The notes below the pieces were generated by a model. It saw nothing but the letters and a program-made list of their open reading frames with translations. It did not search any database and was not told the origin of the DNA. Position numbers and translations under genes: made by a program. A DNA stretch of 64,000 nucleotides from an uncultured virus (IMG/VR IMGVR_UViG_3300019373_000295) (Duplodnaviria; Heunggongvirae; Uroviricota; Caudoviricetes): the IMG/VR virus record IMGVR_UViG_3300019373_000295, one strand, 5' to 3'. Positions 63,513 to 64,000 of this stretch are shown here, in pieces (position 1 is the stretch's first letter; every line of letters starts with the position of its first letter).

Positions 63513-64000
63513 TCATTCTTCCTCTATTCCGTACCTTCTTCTTAGCTGGCTCTGTGTCTGTGAATCGAAGTCGAGCATATCCAGTTCAAACTGTCTGCCG
63601 TCATTCAGTTTTTTGAAGCCCTGCTCCGTAAGGATATCGTTGCCGCGCTCGATCGTCATATTTCTGTCGCTCAGCAGATGCAGATAGATCGGGTCTGCAC
63701 CGTAATAGCTGAGATGCAGTCCTGCCAGCTCGATCAGGCGAAGGCTGACGCCGATATCCAGTTTCAGGCTGATACAGATACCGACAACATGACGCTTCAG
63801 CATGATCTCCCTTTTCAGCCATTTCTGAAACGCCTGCCGCGATACGCCCATGTGGGATGCCAGTGTTGTCTGAGAAACACCCAGTTCATCGAGCACCATC
63901 TGAAGTGCGTCATGGAACGTGCCGTGAAGTGCGCCTGCCAGTGCGCCCCAACGTGCCGCACTTTCAGAAAATGCGTTGTTTTCAGCCTGATAGCCTTCCT
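63513..64000 (-). CDS. C-terminal part of an XRE-type HTH regulator (probable repressor), 5' end outside window
   Basis: SQTTLASHMGVSRQAFQKW; frame open to the window edge. Confidence 0.7.
   Translation of the reverse strand, partial: EGYQAENNAFSESAARWGALAGALHGTFHDALQMVLDELGVSQTTLASHMGVSRQAFQKWLKREIMLKRHVVGICISLKLDIGVSLRLIELAGLHLSYYGADPIYLHLLSDRNMTIERGNDILTEQGFKKLNDGRQFELDMLDFDSQTQSQLRRRYGIEEE

Larger units (their letters stand above)
2290..64000 (-). mobile_element. Temperate siphovirus-like prophage (HK97-type head, serine-recombinase integration); right end lies outside the window
   Basis: Complete ordered integration, lysis, tail, head, packaging, replication and regulatory modules; left boundary approximate. 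Confidence 0.95.

Noticed and set aside
1..64000. tRNA, rRNA, introns, inteins or IS elements
   Set aside because: None recognised by eye; polymerase, terminase and NrdD have normal uninterrupted lengths. A covariance-model scan was not run.

Overview
Nearly all of the window (about 2.3 kb to the right edge) is one temperate siphovirus-type prophage read on the minus strand. The host is probably a cellulolytic Ruminococcus, judged from the dockerin-bearing LRR protein at the left edge. Left to right the modules are: serine-recombinase integration module, lysis genes, tail (including a BspA-type LRR tail protein), HK97-type head and terminase, a ~10 kb array of small genes, a DNA-modification/nucleotide block (three methyltransferases, NrdD/NrdG, MetK) spanning a probable cos/HNH site, a PolA/primase-helicase replication module, a phage sigma factor, and a partial HTH regulator. 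The most unusual region is the array at 30.2-40.7 kb. It is built from repeated regulatory parts: 12 sigma-A-type promoters all with 17-bp spacers, paired TGTACA boxes, a conserved 5' leader hairpin, six large palindromic elements and UUCG-type hairpins. These units drive very acidic small proteins and an amidoligase/GGCT module, which suggests a shuffleable anti-defence or host-takeover cassette system. Other notable points are a protein-like ORF nested out of frame inside the C5 methyltransferase, a 38-bp element repeated at the heads of the replication and late operons, and a duplicated gene 3' end marking the probable attachment site. All family assignments come from recognising motifs by eye; no database searches were run.
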